Source: Mageeibacillus sp. UBA5442
GTDB taxonomy: Bacteria > Bacillota > Clostridia > Saccharofermentanales > DTU023
Reading direction: 5' to 3'
Assembly (NCBI GenBank): GCA_002427475.1
Contig: DIRG01000053.1
Location: forward strand, 1-50,730
Length of the DNA stretch: 50,730 bases
This document shows, piece by piece, positions 10,005-18,025 of the stretch; the stretch's first letter is position 1; every line of letters begins with the position of its first letter. The position numbers were made by a program, and so were the translations under genes. The notes under the pieces were generated by a model. It was not told the origin of the DNA, did no database searches, and worked only from the letters and a program-made list of their open reading frames with translations.

Positions 10005-11577
10005 ACGCCGCCTCCTCTATTTTCTCATCGTCCTGCCTTCTCAGACCCAGCATGTATTCGCCCATAACTTCGTCAGTTACAGTGTCTGTGTCATCGAAAC
10101 AGGCCGCAATCTCGCCACCATAAAAGATAAGCAGCCGGTCAGACATCTCCATAACTTCGCTTAGATCAGCTGAGACCAACAGTACGGCAGCACCTTCGCG
10201 GCTGAGTTCGACTAGCCGTTTACGAATGAATTCCGTAGCTCCGACGTCGATACCGCGCGTGGGCTGATCTGCTATGATCAGATCCGGCTCACTGGAAAAC
10301 TCGCGCGCAACGACCACTTTCTGAATATTTCCACCCGAAAGCATCTCAACTTCCTGTGTCTGGTTCCTAGCTACTATGCGATACTCTTGAATCAGCTTAT
10401 CGGTGTCTTCGTAGATTTTTTTCGTCTTGAAAAAGGGGCCGCTATTGTATTTTTTGGATGCGAAACGGTCCGCAATAATATTATCTGTTATGCTTCCTCG
10501 AGCGGCAATACCGTAGAGCATGCGGTCTTCAGGGATCAAAGAAACGCCCTTGCGGCGGATCTCCCTTTGACCTAAACCCAGAATGCTTTCTTCGTTGACT
10601 GTCACTTCTCCCGTGTGCGCCTCGCGCAAACCGAAGAGTATGTCTACCAGCTCTCGTTGTCCATTACCTTCAACGCCGGCAATGCCGACTATCTCGCCTG
10701 CACGCACGTTAAAGGACACATTATTTAATACGAGTTTATTCCACTCGTTGGTGTGGGAAACATCATTAACAGCAAGAACAACCTCTTTGGGTTGGGCTTC
10801 ATCTTTTTCCAACTGCAAAACAACATCACGTCCTATCATCAGACGGGATATTTCCTGCTCACTTATATGCGCGGTCTCGTAGACGCCCATGGAGCGTCCT
10901 CCCCGCATAATAGTCATTCGCTCTGTGAGCTCTTTGATTTCATTCAGACGATGGGAAATAAAAATGATGGTAAAGCCTTCGTCGCGCAAATTATGCAACT
11001 CGTGGAAAAGCTCTACCGTTTCGTTTGATGTTAATACCGCCGTAGGTTCATCCAGAATCAGGATCCTAGCCCCACGCAAGAGAGCCTTCAAAATCTCAAC
11101 TTTCTGTTTCATACCTACAGGGATATCCATGACGCGCTTTTCTGCATCAATCTTAAAATGATAGCGCTCTGCTATCTCAGTGGTCATCCTGACAGCTTCA
11201 TCGTAATCTATGGCGATGCCTTTTTTCGGCGGCATGCCCAGCACCATGTTCTCTGCCACAGTCAAACTTGGCACAAGCATCAGATGTTGGTGAACCATAC
11301 CAATTCCATGCTTGATTGCTTCTGCCGGAGATGACAGTTCGGTTTTCTCTCCGTTGATGAAAATATCGCCTACAGTTGGCTGTTCCATGCCAAAGAGCAT
11401 CTTGACAAGTGTAGATTTGCCGGCTCCATTCTCACCAATCAGTGCATGTATTTCGCCTTTACGAACCGAAAAATCAACATTGCGATTCGCTGCGATTCCG
11501 TTGGGATATACCTTGGAGATTCCTCTCATATCAACAGCGAGCTCCACATCCCGAGCCGTTTTTTCAGCAGCACTCAT
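9997..11577 (-). CDS. ABC transporter ATP-binding protein with two fused NBDs (sugar/nucleoside CUT2-type)
   Basis: 526 aa. It has Walker A GENGAGKST, Walker B ILILDEPT and a second, degenerate NBD with LSGGNIQK, which is typical of the CUT2 family. Confidence 0.9.
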   Translation of the reverse strand: MSAAEKTARDVELAVDMRGISKVYPNGIAANRNVDFSVRKGEIHALIGENGAGKSTLVKMLFGMEQPTVGDIFINGEKTELSSPAEAIKHGIGMVHQHLMLVPSLTVAENMVLGMPPKKGIAIDYDEAVRMTTEIAERYHFKIDAEKRVMDIPVGMKQKVEILKALLRGARILILDEPTAVLTSNETVELFHELHNLRDEGFTIIFISHRLNEIKELTERMTIMRGGRSMGVYETAHISEQEISRLMIGRDVVLQLEKDEAQPKEVVLAVNDVSHTNEWNKLVLNNVSFNVRAGEIVGIAGVEGNGQRELVDILFGLREAHTGEVTVNEESILGLGQREIRRKGVSLIPEDRMLYGIAARGSITDNIIADRFASKKYNSGPFFKTKKIYEDTDKLIQEYRIVARNQTQEVEMLSGGNIQKVVVAREFSSEPDLIIADQPTRGIDVGATEFIRKRLVELSREGAAVLLVSADLSEVMEMSDRLLIFYGGEIAACFDDTDTVTDEVMGEYMLGLRRQDDEKIEEAAYV

Positions 11578-11612
11578 CGGCCTCTCCTCTCCTCCACTTC
11601 CTCAGTTATATA

Positions 11613-11643
11613 ATGGCGGATGATCGCTTTGACCATCCGCCAT
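11613..11643 (-). promoter_or_regulatory. Intercistronic stem-loop between the SBP gene and the ATPase gene
   Basis: A perfect 10-bp inverted repeat (ATGGCGGATG at 11613-11622, CATCCGCCAT at 11634-11643) sits in the 103-nt gap. It has no strong U-tract, so it looks like a partial attenuator or mRNA stabiliser that could raise SBP stoichiometry. Confidence 0.45.
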
Positions 11644-11680
11644 GAAATATCCGCTTTTACGGAATATTTAGTTTATTGTC

Positions 11681-12871
11681 TTATGGTTGCAGTGAATCTC
11701 TCAATTCTTCAACTGCGCCAGTCTCATCACCAATAGCTGTTGGGACTTCAATCTCACCACTTACGATGCCTTCCTCTGCAGCCTGGACTTGTGCTTTAAC
11801 TTCATCAGGTGCATAGGTGTCGAAGTTTTTGTCAGTTACGATGCCAACTCCGCCTTCAGTAATACCGAGCAAAAGGTCTTCGCCGTAGTGTTCACGTCCG
11901 GCATCCAGCTCATCAAAGAACCAGATAATTGAGTTGCCGATATTTTTGAGTCCGCTGGTCAATGTAATAGAGGCCAGCTCTTCAGAGAAGGTCAGCTCTT
12001 GGTCAGAGTCAACGCCGATGAACCATGCTTTACCGGTTTCGAGTGCGGCTTCAGCTGCACCATTACCGGAGTTACCGGCAACGCCCCAGATAATGTCAGC
12101 ATTGTTGTCGTTGATCATGGAGATGGCCAATTCTTTTGCTCTGGCCGGGTCTACGTAACTGTTGACGTAACGGGTATCCACTTTGACGTCTTCATTAGAA
12201 TACTGAGCACCTAAGAGGAAGCCATACAGGAAGTCATTGATAACCGGGCTGTCAACGCCGCCGACAAATCCGAGTACATTGTCTTCATTGATTTTGTCGA
12301 GGCTGGTTTCCTGTGTCATTGCTCCTGCAAAGACACCGACCAAATAACCCATGTCATTTTGTTTGTAGTTGATGTTTACGATATTGTCGCCTACACCGGC
12401 TGAGTCGTAAATCAAATACTTCTGATCAGGGTATTCAGCAGCTACTTCGTTCACGTAGTCAGGCATCTGGTAGGTTCCACAGATGATGAGATCATATTGT
12501 CCTGATTCAGATACTTCATATAGAGTACTGAGCCACTGGGGTTGATCTTCATCAGCGCCGCCCATTTCGATGGTGCGATAGGTAATGCGGCCGGCTGCTT
12601 CCAATTCTGCCAATCCTGCTTCTGCTGAGTCGAAGAAAGATCTGTCGCCGAGAGTTCCGTTAACTAAGTTAACAACATTAAACACTTCGTCTTCTGGATC
12701 TTCTGGATCTTCGGGATCTTCGGGGTCTTCGGGGTCAACCGGGTCGGTTGCGCCTGGCTCATTAGTTTCTTGAGCCGGATCCGATGGTTCTGCTGGTTCT
12801 GAAGGTGCACATGACACCAACATCGTCACTGCTAATAGCAGGCTCAGAACTGTCAATAATATTTTTCTCAT
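11681..12871 (-). CDS. BMP-family (PnrA/Med/NupN-like) nucleoside-binding lipoprotein
   Basis: A signal peptide with lipobox LVSC is followed by a Pro/Glu/Asp linker (PEDPEDPEDPEDPED) and then a BMP-type binding domain. AGGAGG RBS. Confidence 0.9.
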   Translation of the reverse strand: MRKILLTVLSLLLAVTMLVSCAPSEPAEPSDPAQETNEPGATDPVDPEDPEDPEDPEDPEDEVFNVVNLVNGTLGDRSFFDSAEAGLAELEAAGRITYRTIEMGGADEDQPQWLSTLYEVSESGQYDLIICGTYQMPDYVNEVAAEYPDQKYLIYDSAGVGDNIVNINYKQNDMGYLVGVFAGAMTQETSLDKINEDNVLGFVGGVDSPVINDFLYGFLLGAQYSNEDVKVDTRYVNSYVDPARAKELAISMINDNNADIIWGVAGNSGNGAAEAALETGKAWFIGVDSDQELTFSEELASITLTSGLKNIGNSIIWFFDELDAGREHYGEDLLLGITEGGVGIVTDKNFDTYAPDEVKAQVQAAEEGIVSGEIEVPTAIGDETGAVEELRDSLQP

Positions 12872-12927
12872 TTTTTCCTCCTAGAAATTGCATTTGAAAA
12901 TTTTTACTTGCAATTTACATTACAATT

Positions 12928-12955
12928 AGTATAAACAACTAAATTCACTTGTCAA
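12928..12955 (-). promoter_or_regulatory. Candidate sigma-A promoter of the nucleoside operon
   Basis: On the minus strand I read TTGACA (12955-12950), a 16-nt spacer and TATACT (12933-12928). An 8-bp inverted repeat (AAATTGCA at 12885-12892, TGCAATTT at 12909-12916) lies in the predicted 5' UTR. Confidence 0.35.
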
Positions 12956-13062
12956 TTAAGGTCCTAAAATATGACACATGCTACATAATGATAGCTATAT
13001 AAGTATTATAACGAGTAGTATAATTATGATCAAATTTAGTAAATATAGAAGGAAATTTTAAA

Positions 13063-13653
13063 ATGGAAAAATTGCTTTTTATCGATTCATGCATTCGCCG
13101 GGAGGAATCTCGCACGAAAAAAGCTGCCGATTATCTGATGCAAAAGCTGGAAGCCACCGGTAAGTATGAGATTGAGTCGCTGTGTTTGATGGATGAACCT
13201 CTTGTTTATCTAAGCGGAGACTTCTTCAAACAGCGTGAACGCTTGCTCGCAGAAGGCAAACGAAATCATCGGCGCTTTGATTATGCCCATCAGTTTGCGC
13301 AGGCCGACGTCATTGTCGTAGCGGCCCCCTTCTGGGATCTGGGCTTCCCTGCTCTGCTAAAGACCTATATTGAGAATGTTTCGGTCGATGGTATTACTTT
13401 TTACGCGGACGCGGAAGGCTGTCACGGCATGTCGAGGGGACGGCACCTGATCTTCGTCACCACCCGTGGCGGAGACTATGAGGATACACCTTTGGAAATG
13501 GGCTCTCGTTATATGGAGGCCTTGGGTGTCTTCTTTGGCATTGATGACTACAGTTGTCTCTTTGCAGAGGGCTTAGACGGTGAAGGCAACGACCCTGAAG
13601 CCTTGATGCAGGAACTCTTCGCTGAAATCGACCGCTCCGTAGCTGAACTCTAA
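13063..13653 (+). CDS. Flavodoxin-like-fold NAD(P)H oxidoreductase (azoreductase/AcpD-type)
   Basis: 196 aa. The DVIVVAAPFWDLGFPALLKTYIE motif is characteristic of the Flavodoxin_2 / FMN-dependent NADH-azoreductase family. Confidence 0.7.
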   Translation: MEKLLFIDSCIRREESRTKKAADYLMQKLEATGKYEIESLCLMDEPLVYLSGDFFKQRERLLAEGKRNHRRFDYAHQFAQADVIVVAAPFWDLGFPALLKTYIENVSVDGITFYADAEGCHGMSRGRHLIFVTTRGGDYEDTPLEMGSRYMEALGVFFGIDDYSCLFAEGLDGEGNDPEALMQELFAEIDRSVAEL

Positions 13654-13669
13654 TTGTGTGACGGTGTTT

Positions 13670-13716
13670 CCGGCACAGTCTGCTTGTTGGTAGAAGGTGC
13701 CGGACGTTTTCGTTTT
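13670..13716 (+). terminator. Candidate terminator
   Basis: CCGGCAC (13670-13676) pairs with GTGCCGG (13697-13703), followed by ACGTTTTCGTTTT. The large loop limits my confidence. Confidence 0.4.
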
Positions 13717-14245
13717 ATTGCTGATTAAGATCCAATTTCATATAGTCAGCTGCGTAATATTTGCCCTCCAGCTTATAAAAGCGATCTAGAACCCCGAATT
13801 GCTCAAAGCCGAATTTCTTGTACAGAGCTATGGCTCGTTTATTCTCGGACAAGACCTCCAAAGTAATCAATTCGACCTCGAGCGAGCGGGCAAATCCGAT
13901 CATTTGCCGCATCAAAGCGGAGCCAATCCCCTGCCCCCAATGGCTCATTTTCACACTGAGAGCTATATTGGCTCGATGTTGCATACGCTCTCTAGCGTAA
14001 GATTGGATATTAGCATTTCCTACTATATCGGCACCGTCAAGAGCAAGGAAATATTTAGAACGCTGAGAGCTCTGCATAGACTCTAGGAAGCGTCGCTCTT
14101 CTTCCACGCTAAAAGGAATACCCTCCGGACCAAATGTAAGGTTATGAGTCTCCGAACCAATCTGTCTGAGATACTCCAATAGATCAGCGGCATCCGCCGG
14201 TCTCGCTTCCCTAATGATAAAACTATCTAATTCATTCCTAGACAT
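13715..14245 (-). CDS. GNAT-family N-acetyltransferase
   Basis: It has the acetyl-CoA motif WGQGIGSALM. I prefer the ATG at 14245 (GGGGGAAG RBS) over the TTG-extended track ORF that starts at 14335. Confidence 0.85.
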   Translation of the reverse strand: MSRNELDSFIIREARPADAADLLEYLRQIGSETHNLTFGPEGIPFSVEEERRFLESMQSSQRSKYFLALDGADIVGNANIQSYARERMQHRANIALSVKMSHWGQGIGSALMRQMIGFARSLEVELITLEVLSENKRAIALYKKFGFEQFGVLDRFYKLEGKYYAADYMKLDLNQQ

Positions 14246-14356
14246 CAAACTTCCCCCGTAATTTTCTGTACAAATTTTGTCTGCAAACTTACAGTACCCT
14301 AAAAAAGATTCAAAAACTACAGCCTCTAGCGACAATCAATGCTAACTTGTCAAAGA

Positions 14357-14383
14357 AGTTAAGTTTCGTGCCAGGCACGATAT
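14357..14383 (+). repeat. Palindrome-containing repeat, copy C (AAGTTAAGTTTCGTGCCAGGCACGATA)
   Basis: This is the exact reverse complement of 16121-16147. The core TCGTGCCAGGCACGA is a 15-nt palindrome. The copy ends 22 nt before the DUF4256 start codon. Confidence 0.85.
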
Positions 14384-14405
14384 GTGAATTGGAAGGATCA
14401 TCTAG

Positions 14406-14969
14406 ATGGCTAAGGTACTTGGTGATAAAGATAAGGACAAACTTCTGAACATCATAGAAGAACGATATATTCAAAGCCTCGAGAGTAGAAAGCTTTCTAC
14501 AGTTAAAGGTTGGAATGAGATTGAATCACGTCTGAGAAGACACTGGTCAAAACTGTGGTCTTTGTCCCAAATGGAAACGAGTGGCGGCGAGCCTCGTTTA
14601 ATTTCTGTTGATGATCAAGGAAATTTATTATTCATAGACTGCTCTGAAGAAACACCTGCAGGTCGTCGCAATGTCTGCTATGATCGCGAAGCCTTGGAGT
14701 CTCGCAAGAAGCATAAACCTAAAACTAGCTGTCTTGATATGTGTCAGGAAATGGGAGTCGAGCTTCTATCCGAATATGAGTATCGTGATCTGCAGAAAAT
14801 TTATGATTTAGACTTGAGGACATCTAGCTGGGTCAAGACTCCAGACAAGATACGCAAGCTAGGCGGAGCCCTGTTTTGTGATAGACGTTATGACACAGTC
14901 TTCCTTTATCACAACGGAGCTGAATCCTACTACTCTACACGAGGCTTTCGCGCCAAATTGGAAATCTGA
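14406..14969 (+). CDS. DUF4256-like protein
   Basis: 187 aa. The motifs METSGGEP, CSEETPAGRR..CYD, TSSWVKTP, LGGALFCDRRY and YHNGAESYY..RGFR match my memory of the DUF4256 family. Confidence 0.55.
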   Translation: MAKVLGDKDKDKLLNIIEERYIQSLESRKLSTVKGWNEIESRLRRHWSKLWSLSQMETSGGEPRLISVDDQGNLLFIDCSEETPAGRRNVCYDREALESRKKHKPKTSCLDMCQEMGVELLSEYEYRDLQKIYDLDLRTSSWVKTPDKIRKLGGALFCDRRYDTVFLYHNGAESYYSTRGFRAKLEI

Positions 14970-14981
14970 AAGATTCAATTC

Positions 14982-15084
14982 ATGAATCAGTCAAACCTGA
15001 TAACAACTCACATTTCGTGCCAGGCACGATTTATGAATTAGTCAAGTCTGTCAAACAACTCAAGTTTCGTGCCAGGCACGACTA
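14982..15084 (+). repeat. Tandem duplication (about 51 nt x 2), each unit carrying the TCGTGCCAGGCACGA palindrome
   Basis: Unit A (14982-15032) and unit B (15033-15084) both begin ATGAAT(C/T)AGTCAA and end AACAACTCA(CA/AG)TTTCGTGCCAGGCACGA. Together they fill the convergent gap between the DUF4256 and GIY-YIG stops. Confidence 0.8.
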
Positions 15085-15321
15085 GAGATTAAACAGTGCG
15101 ATCTTCTCTGCCCTACTCAGCTTCTTTATAGCAAATTCTCTGCTCATAGCTTTTTCTTTGGTATCAAACTCTTCCAAGTATTTTAGCTTTACCGGGTACC
15201 TGCCTCGAGTATACTTAGAACCTATTCCTGAATTATGCTCCTCCAGCCTTCTCTCAATATCCGTCGTCCAGCCCGTATAAAGCGTTCCATCGCTACATTC
15301 CAGAATATAAACAAAATTCAC
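15082..15321 (-). CDS. GIY-YIG nuclease-family small protein (UPF0213-like)
   Basis: 79 aa. It reads FVYILECSDGTLYTGWTTDIERRLEEHN and has the later ...E...K motif of the GIY-YIG domain. It starts 5 nt downstream of the CDGSH gene. Confidence 0.85.
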   Translation of the reverse strand: MNFVYILECSDGTLYTGWTTDIERRLEEHNSGIGSKYTRGRYPVKLKYLEEFDTKEKAMSREFAIKKLSRAEKIALFNL

Positions 15322-15326
15322 GGATC

Positions 15327-16049
15327 TTAATCCTCAGGAAGTTCGTCCAGCTCATCTAATCCGTCTATATACTTCACTCTAATATGCTGACCATCACAAA
15401 AAGGCATATTCTTAGATTTTCCGCATCTACACAAAGTAATCCTATTTCTCACTTCATAGGTCTCGCCATCAGCTGAAACAATCGGAATACCGCCCTTCAC
15501 TGACAAAGGTCCACTCACACCCATTTCCGGATCTTGCAGCACTTCAATCGTGGGATCGTATTCAGTTTCGATTTCCTGACCGTCCTCATCAGTCAACACC
15601 AATCTACCTGACGGGCACTGACAGGCAGCTTTGATCGCCTCTTCTCTGATCTCGTCGCCATCATCAGTCATCTCCACCAGTTCCCAGGCATCGCCGGCTT
15701 CACGATGGCAAAACCTGGCATAAGCACAACGACCATCATCGTATAATTCCATGTCCGGACCCAAAATCCTCTGTTTAACTCGATCTATATAATCGTCCTT
15801 AGAAGCGGTCTCAGTGCCATCGAAGTTTTCATTTATATGTCTTCCGTCACAAAAAGGCGGATTCTTCGACTTACCACAACGGCAAAGAGTATACGTATTT
15901 GCTTGAGGCAGCTCACGACCATCCTCATAGACATAACCCTTCTCCCCGTGAGGAGTAATTATCTTTTCAACCAAAGGCACATTTCCCGTCACAACGTAAG
16001 GACCGTCTTTAATAATTTTTATTTGTGGATTTCTTCCCTTGTCGCTCAT
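15327..16049 (-). CDS. CDGSH-type iron-sulfur protein with two CDGSH motifs flanking a central Cys-rich domain
   Basis: CRCGKSKNPPFCDGRH and CRCGKSKNMPFCDGQH fit C-x-C-x2-S-x3-P-x-C-D-G-x-H. The central cysteines are C..FC......ACQCPSG. Confidence 0.85.
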   Translation of the reverse strand: MSDKGRNPQIKIIKDGPYVVTGNVPLVEKIITPHGEKGYVYEDGRELPQANTYTLCRCGKSKNPPFCDGRHINENFDGTETASKDDYIDRVKQRILGPDMELYDDGRCAYARFCHREAGDAWELVEMTDDGDEIREEAIKAACQCPSGRLVLTDEDGQEIETEYDPTIEVLQDPEMGVSGPLSVKGGIPIVSADGETYEVRNRITLCRCGKSKNMPFCDGQHIRVKYIDGLDELDELPED

Positions 16050-16120
16050 TGCTTCACCTCAAGTAATTAAATTAATTTGCGAATTAACATGAATATTCTA
16101 ACAGAGATAGGAACGGACGA

Positions 16121-16147
16121 TATCGTGCCTGGCACGAAACTTAACTT
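16121..16147 (-). repeat. Palindrome-containing repeat, copy D (inverted copy of 14357-14383)
   Basis: TATCGTGCCTGGCACGAAACTTAACTT is the exact reverse complement of copy C. It lies 71 nt upstream of the CDGSH start, just upstream of an extended -10 (TGTTAGAAT, 16103-16095 on the minus strand). Confidence 0.85.
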
Positions 16148-16272
16148 AGATCGTTCACATGATACGGTTAAATAGCTCTCTCTACTGCAACATAGCCTAG
16201 GAGTGATAAATGTGCTTCAAATAAGCACTATATAATTTCTTAATAGCTAAGTACTCATTAAAGGGAGACACA

Positions 16273-17052
16273 ATGACAAATATACATTTCATAGATCACA
16301 GCGGTTTCTTGATAGAACTGGAAGAAGTGTTTCTGGTTTTTGACTTTTTTCAAGATCCCACCCAAGTGCTAAGCAGATTCAGCAAGAGCGAGAAGCCCTT
16401 TGTTTTCTTCGTCTCTCATTCCCACCAAGATCACTGGAACCAAGAAATATTGAACTTCAAAACCAACGCCCCCATCTACTACATCCTCGACGGCAGCTGT
16501 GATAGCGAGGAAGTGCGCCAAGCCGCTACTAAAGATCAACGTGAGCTCATTCTCGTCAAACCTGGTGACCTGCTTCAAGGTCAGCTGCACGGCATACCTT
16601 CCCTGCTCAGGCTTTACGTCTTCGGCTCCACAGACGAAGGCTCTTCCTTCCTCCTAGTCAGCACGGCAGGCAGTTTCATCCATATGGGAGATCTCAACGA
16701 CTGGGATTGGCAAGATGAAGATTCTGAGAAAATGGAGGCCGACTACAAAGCGGAACTTACACGTATTGCTGCCACTTGGTCAGAAATACATCAGGACGAA
16801 ACTCTGCCCTCCGAATCTAAGCACTTACAACTGAGCTTCGTCCCTGTTGACAAACGACTCGAAGAAACTGCCCTAAAAGGCGCACTAACTTTCCTTCATT
16901 ATTTGCAACCTGAATATTTACTCCCCATGCACTTGAGTGGCGGCACTGAACTGCCGAGAGAACTCGCAAACACCTTGAGACAGCCAGGACACCCCAACAC
17001 AGTGCAAGTTCTAGAACTAACAGAGCCCGGACAAAACATATCATTAGTTTGA
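16273..17052 (+). CDS. MBL-fold metallo-hydrolase
   Basis: 259 aa with the HSHQDH (HxHxDH) motif. Confidence 0.7.
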   Translation: MTNIHFIDHSGFLIELEEVFLVFDFFQDPTQVLSRFSKSEKPFVFFVSHSHQDHWNQEILNFKTNAPIYYILDGSCDSEEVRQAATKDQRELILVKPGDLLQGQLHGIPSLLRLYVFGSTDEGSSFLLVSTAGSFIHMGDLNDWDWQDEDSEKMEADYKAELTRIAATWSEIHQDETLPSESKHLQLSFVPVDKRLEETALKGALTFLHYLQPEYLLPMHLSGGTELPRELANTLRQPGHPNTVQVLELTEPGQNISLV

Positions 17053-17181
17053 CAATTTTCCACAAAATAACTCACCATAATAAAGCAAATCTAAATTGCT
17101 AACATTTTCGTGCAGGTTCTTAACTTTTTAAGACCTGTCTCTGTGATAGGATTAGATGAAATACTAGAAAGGTTGACCCTT

Positions 17182-17661
17182 ATGACAGCGAATGAATTAC
17201 AGGAAATAGCGATAGAAAGACTTGCCGCGAGAGGTGTAGAACTTAAGGATATAGCTCAGATCGTCCTAGAGCTTCAAAGACCCTTCAGAACAGATTTGAC
17301 CTTGGACGATTGTCTCAACAATTTAGTTCACGTATTAAGAAAAAGAGAAGTCTCTCATGCAGTGCTGACCGGGATCGCCCTTGATGAGTTGGCAGAACAA
17401 AAGCTGCTGCCGGAGCCTTTGCAAAGCATAGTTGAATGTGACGATAATTTGTACGGAATCGATGAGGTCATTCCCCTTTCAATAGTCAACGTCTACGGAA
17501 CAATCGGCTTGACCAACTTCGGTTATCTGGACAAGGTAAAGTACGGAATCATCAAGGAACTAGATGAGGAAAAGGACGAAGTCGTTAACACCTTCCTCGA
17601 TGACATCGTTGCCGGCTTGGCCAGCGCAGCCGCTTCCAGAATAGCCCACTCACAAGACTAG
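17182..17661 (+). CDS. Phosphatidylglycerophosphatase A family protein (YutG-like)
   Basis: It resembles the Bacillus YutG/PgpA-like family as I remember it (KREV..A.LTGI.LD.LAEQK.L.EPLQS, LYG.DEV..LSIVN.YG.IG.TN.GY.DK, TFLDDIV). I prefer the ATG at 17182 over the GTG at 17110. Confidence 0.65.
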   Translation: MTANELQEIAIERLAARGVELKDIAQIVLELQRPFRTDLTLDDCLNNLVHVLRKREVSHAVLTGIALDELAEQKLLPEPLQSIVECDDNLYGIDEVIPLSIVNVYGTIGLTNFGYLDKVKYGIIKELDEEKDEVVNTFLDDIVAGLASAAASRIAHSQD

Positions 17662-17695
17662 ACATTCCGTCAGCCATAAAGATAGTCCTCAGGCT

Positions 17696-17724
17696 TTGAC
17701 AGCTACCTTGCAATCAGCTAATAT
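17696..17724 (+). promoter_or_regulatory. Sigma-A promoter of the pheST leader
   Basis: TTGACA (17696-17701), a 17-nt spacer, then TAATAT (17719-17724). Confidence 0.6.
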
Positions 17725-17729
17725 TTTGC

Positions 17730-17980
17730 TTAATAGCGATGATGAGGAAGCAAAGCAATCCCTCATAGACACTGACAGAGAAAGACAGACGTGGCTGGAA
17801 TCTGTCTCCGGTGATCTGGATTGCCATTCACCCTCGGAGCTGCCGTTTTGCGGCCGGCCCGTAAGCCGTTAAACTTCATTGGAGTGGCGGAGAAAGCACT
17901 GAGAAAAGCTGATTCCGCAAGATGGGTGGTACCGCGATAATTCGTCCCATGGAAGATCAATTCCGTGGGATTTTTCTTTA
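17730..17980 (+). promoter_or_regulatory. T-box riboswitch leader (Phe-specific by context)
   Basis: The conserved T-box sequence GGGTGGTACCGCG sits at 17924-17936. A terminator follows: TCCCATGGAA (17945-17954) pairs with TTCCGTGGGA (17961-17970) with one G-U pair, then TTTTTCTTT. An AGAGA motif is in the 5' part. TTC-A candidates for the specifier codon occur at about 17824-17830 and 17872-17877. pheS lies directly downstream. Confidence 0.85.
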
Positions 17981-18025
17981 TAAATATAATTCCTCAGCTA
18001 ACACTGAGATGAAAGGTGACAGAAT

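Noticed and set aside
14982-15084. Tandem 51-nt repeats considered as a mini CRISPR array or integron attC sites
   Set aside because: There are only two directly abutting units, with no spacers, and no cas genes or integron integrase in the window. The flanking genes are in mixed orientations, unlike cassette arrays.
17763-17960. 65-aa minus-strand ORF from the six-frame track
   Set aside because: It lies entirely antisense to the T-box leader (T-box motif, terminator) upstream of pheS. It has no RBS and a Arg/Gly/Ala-rich composition typical of a chance ORF in structured RNA.
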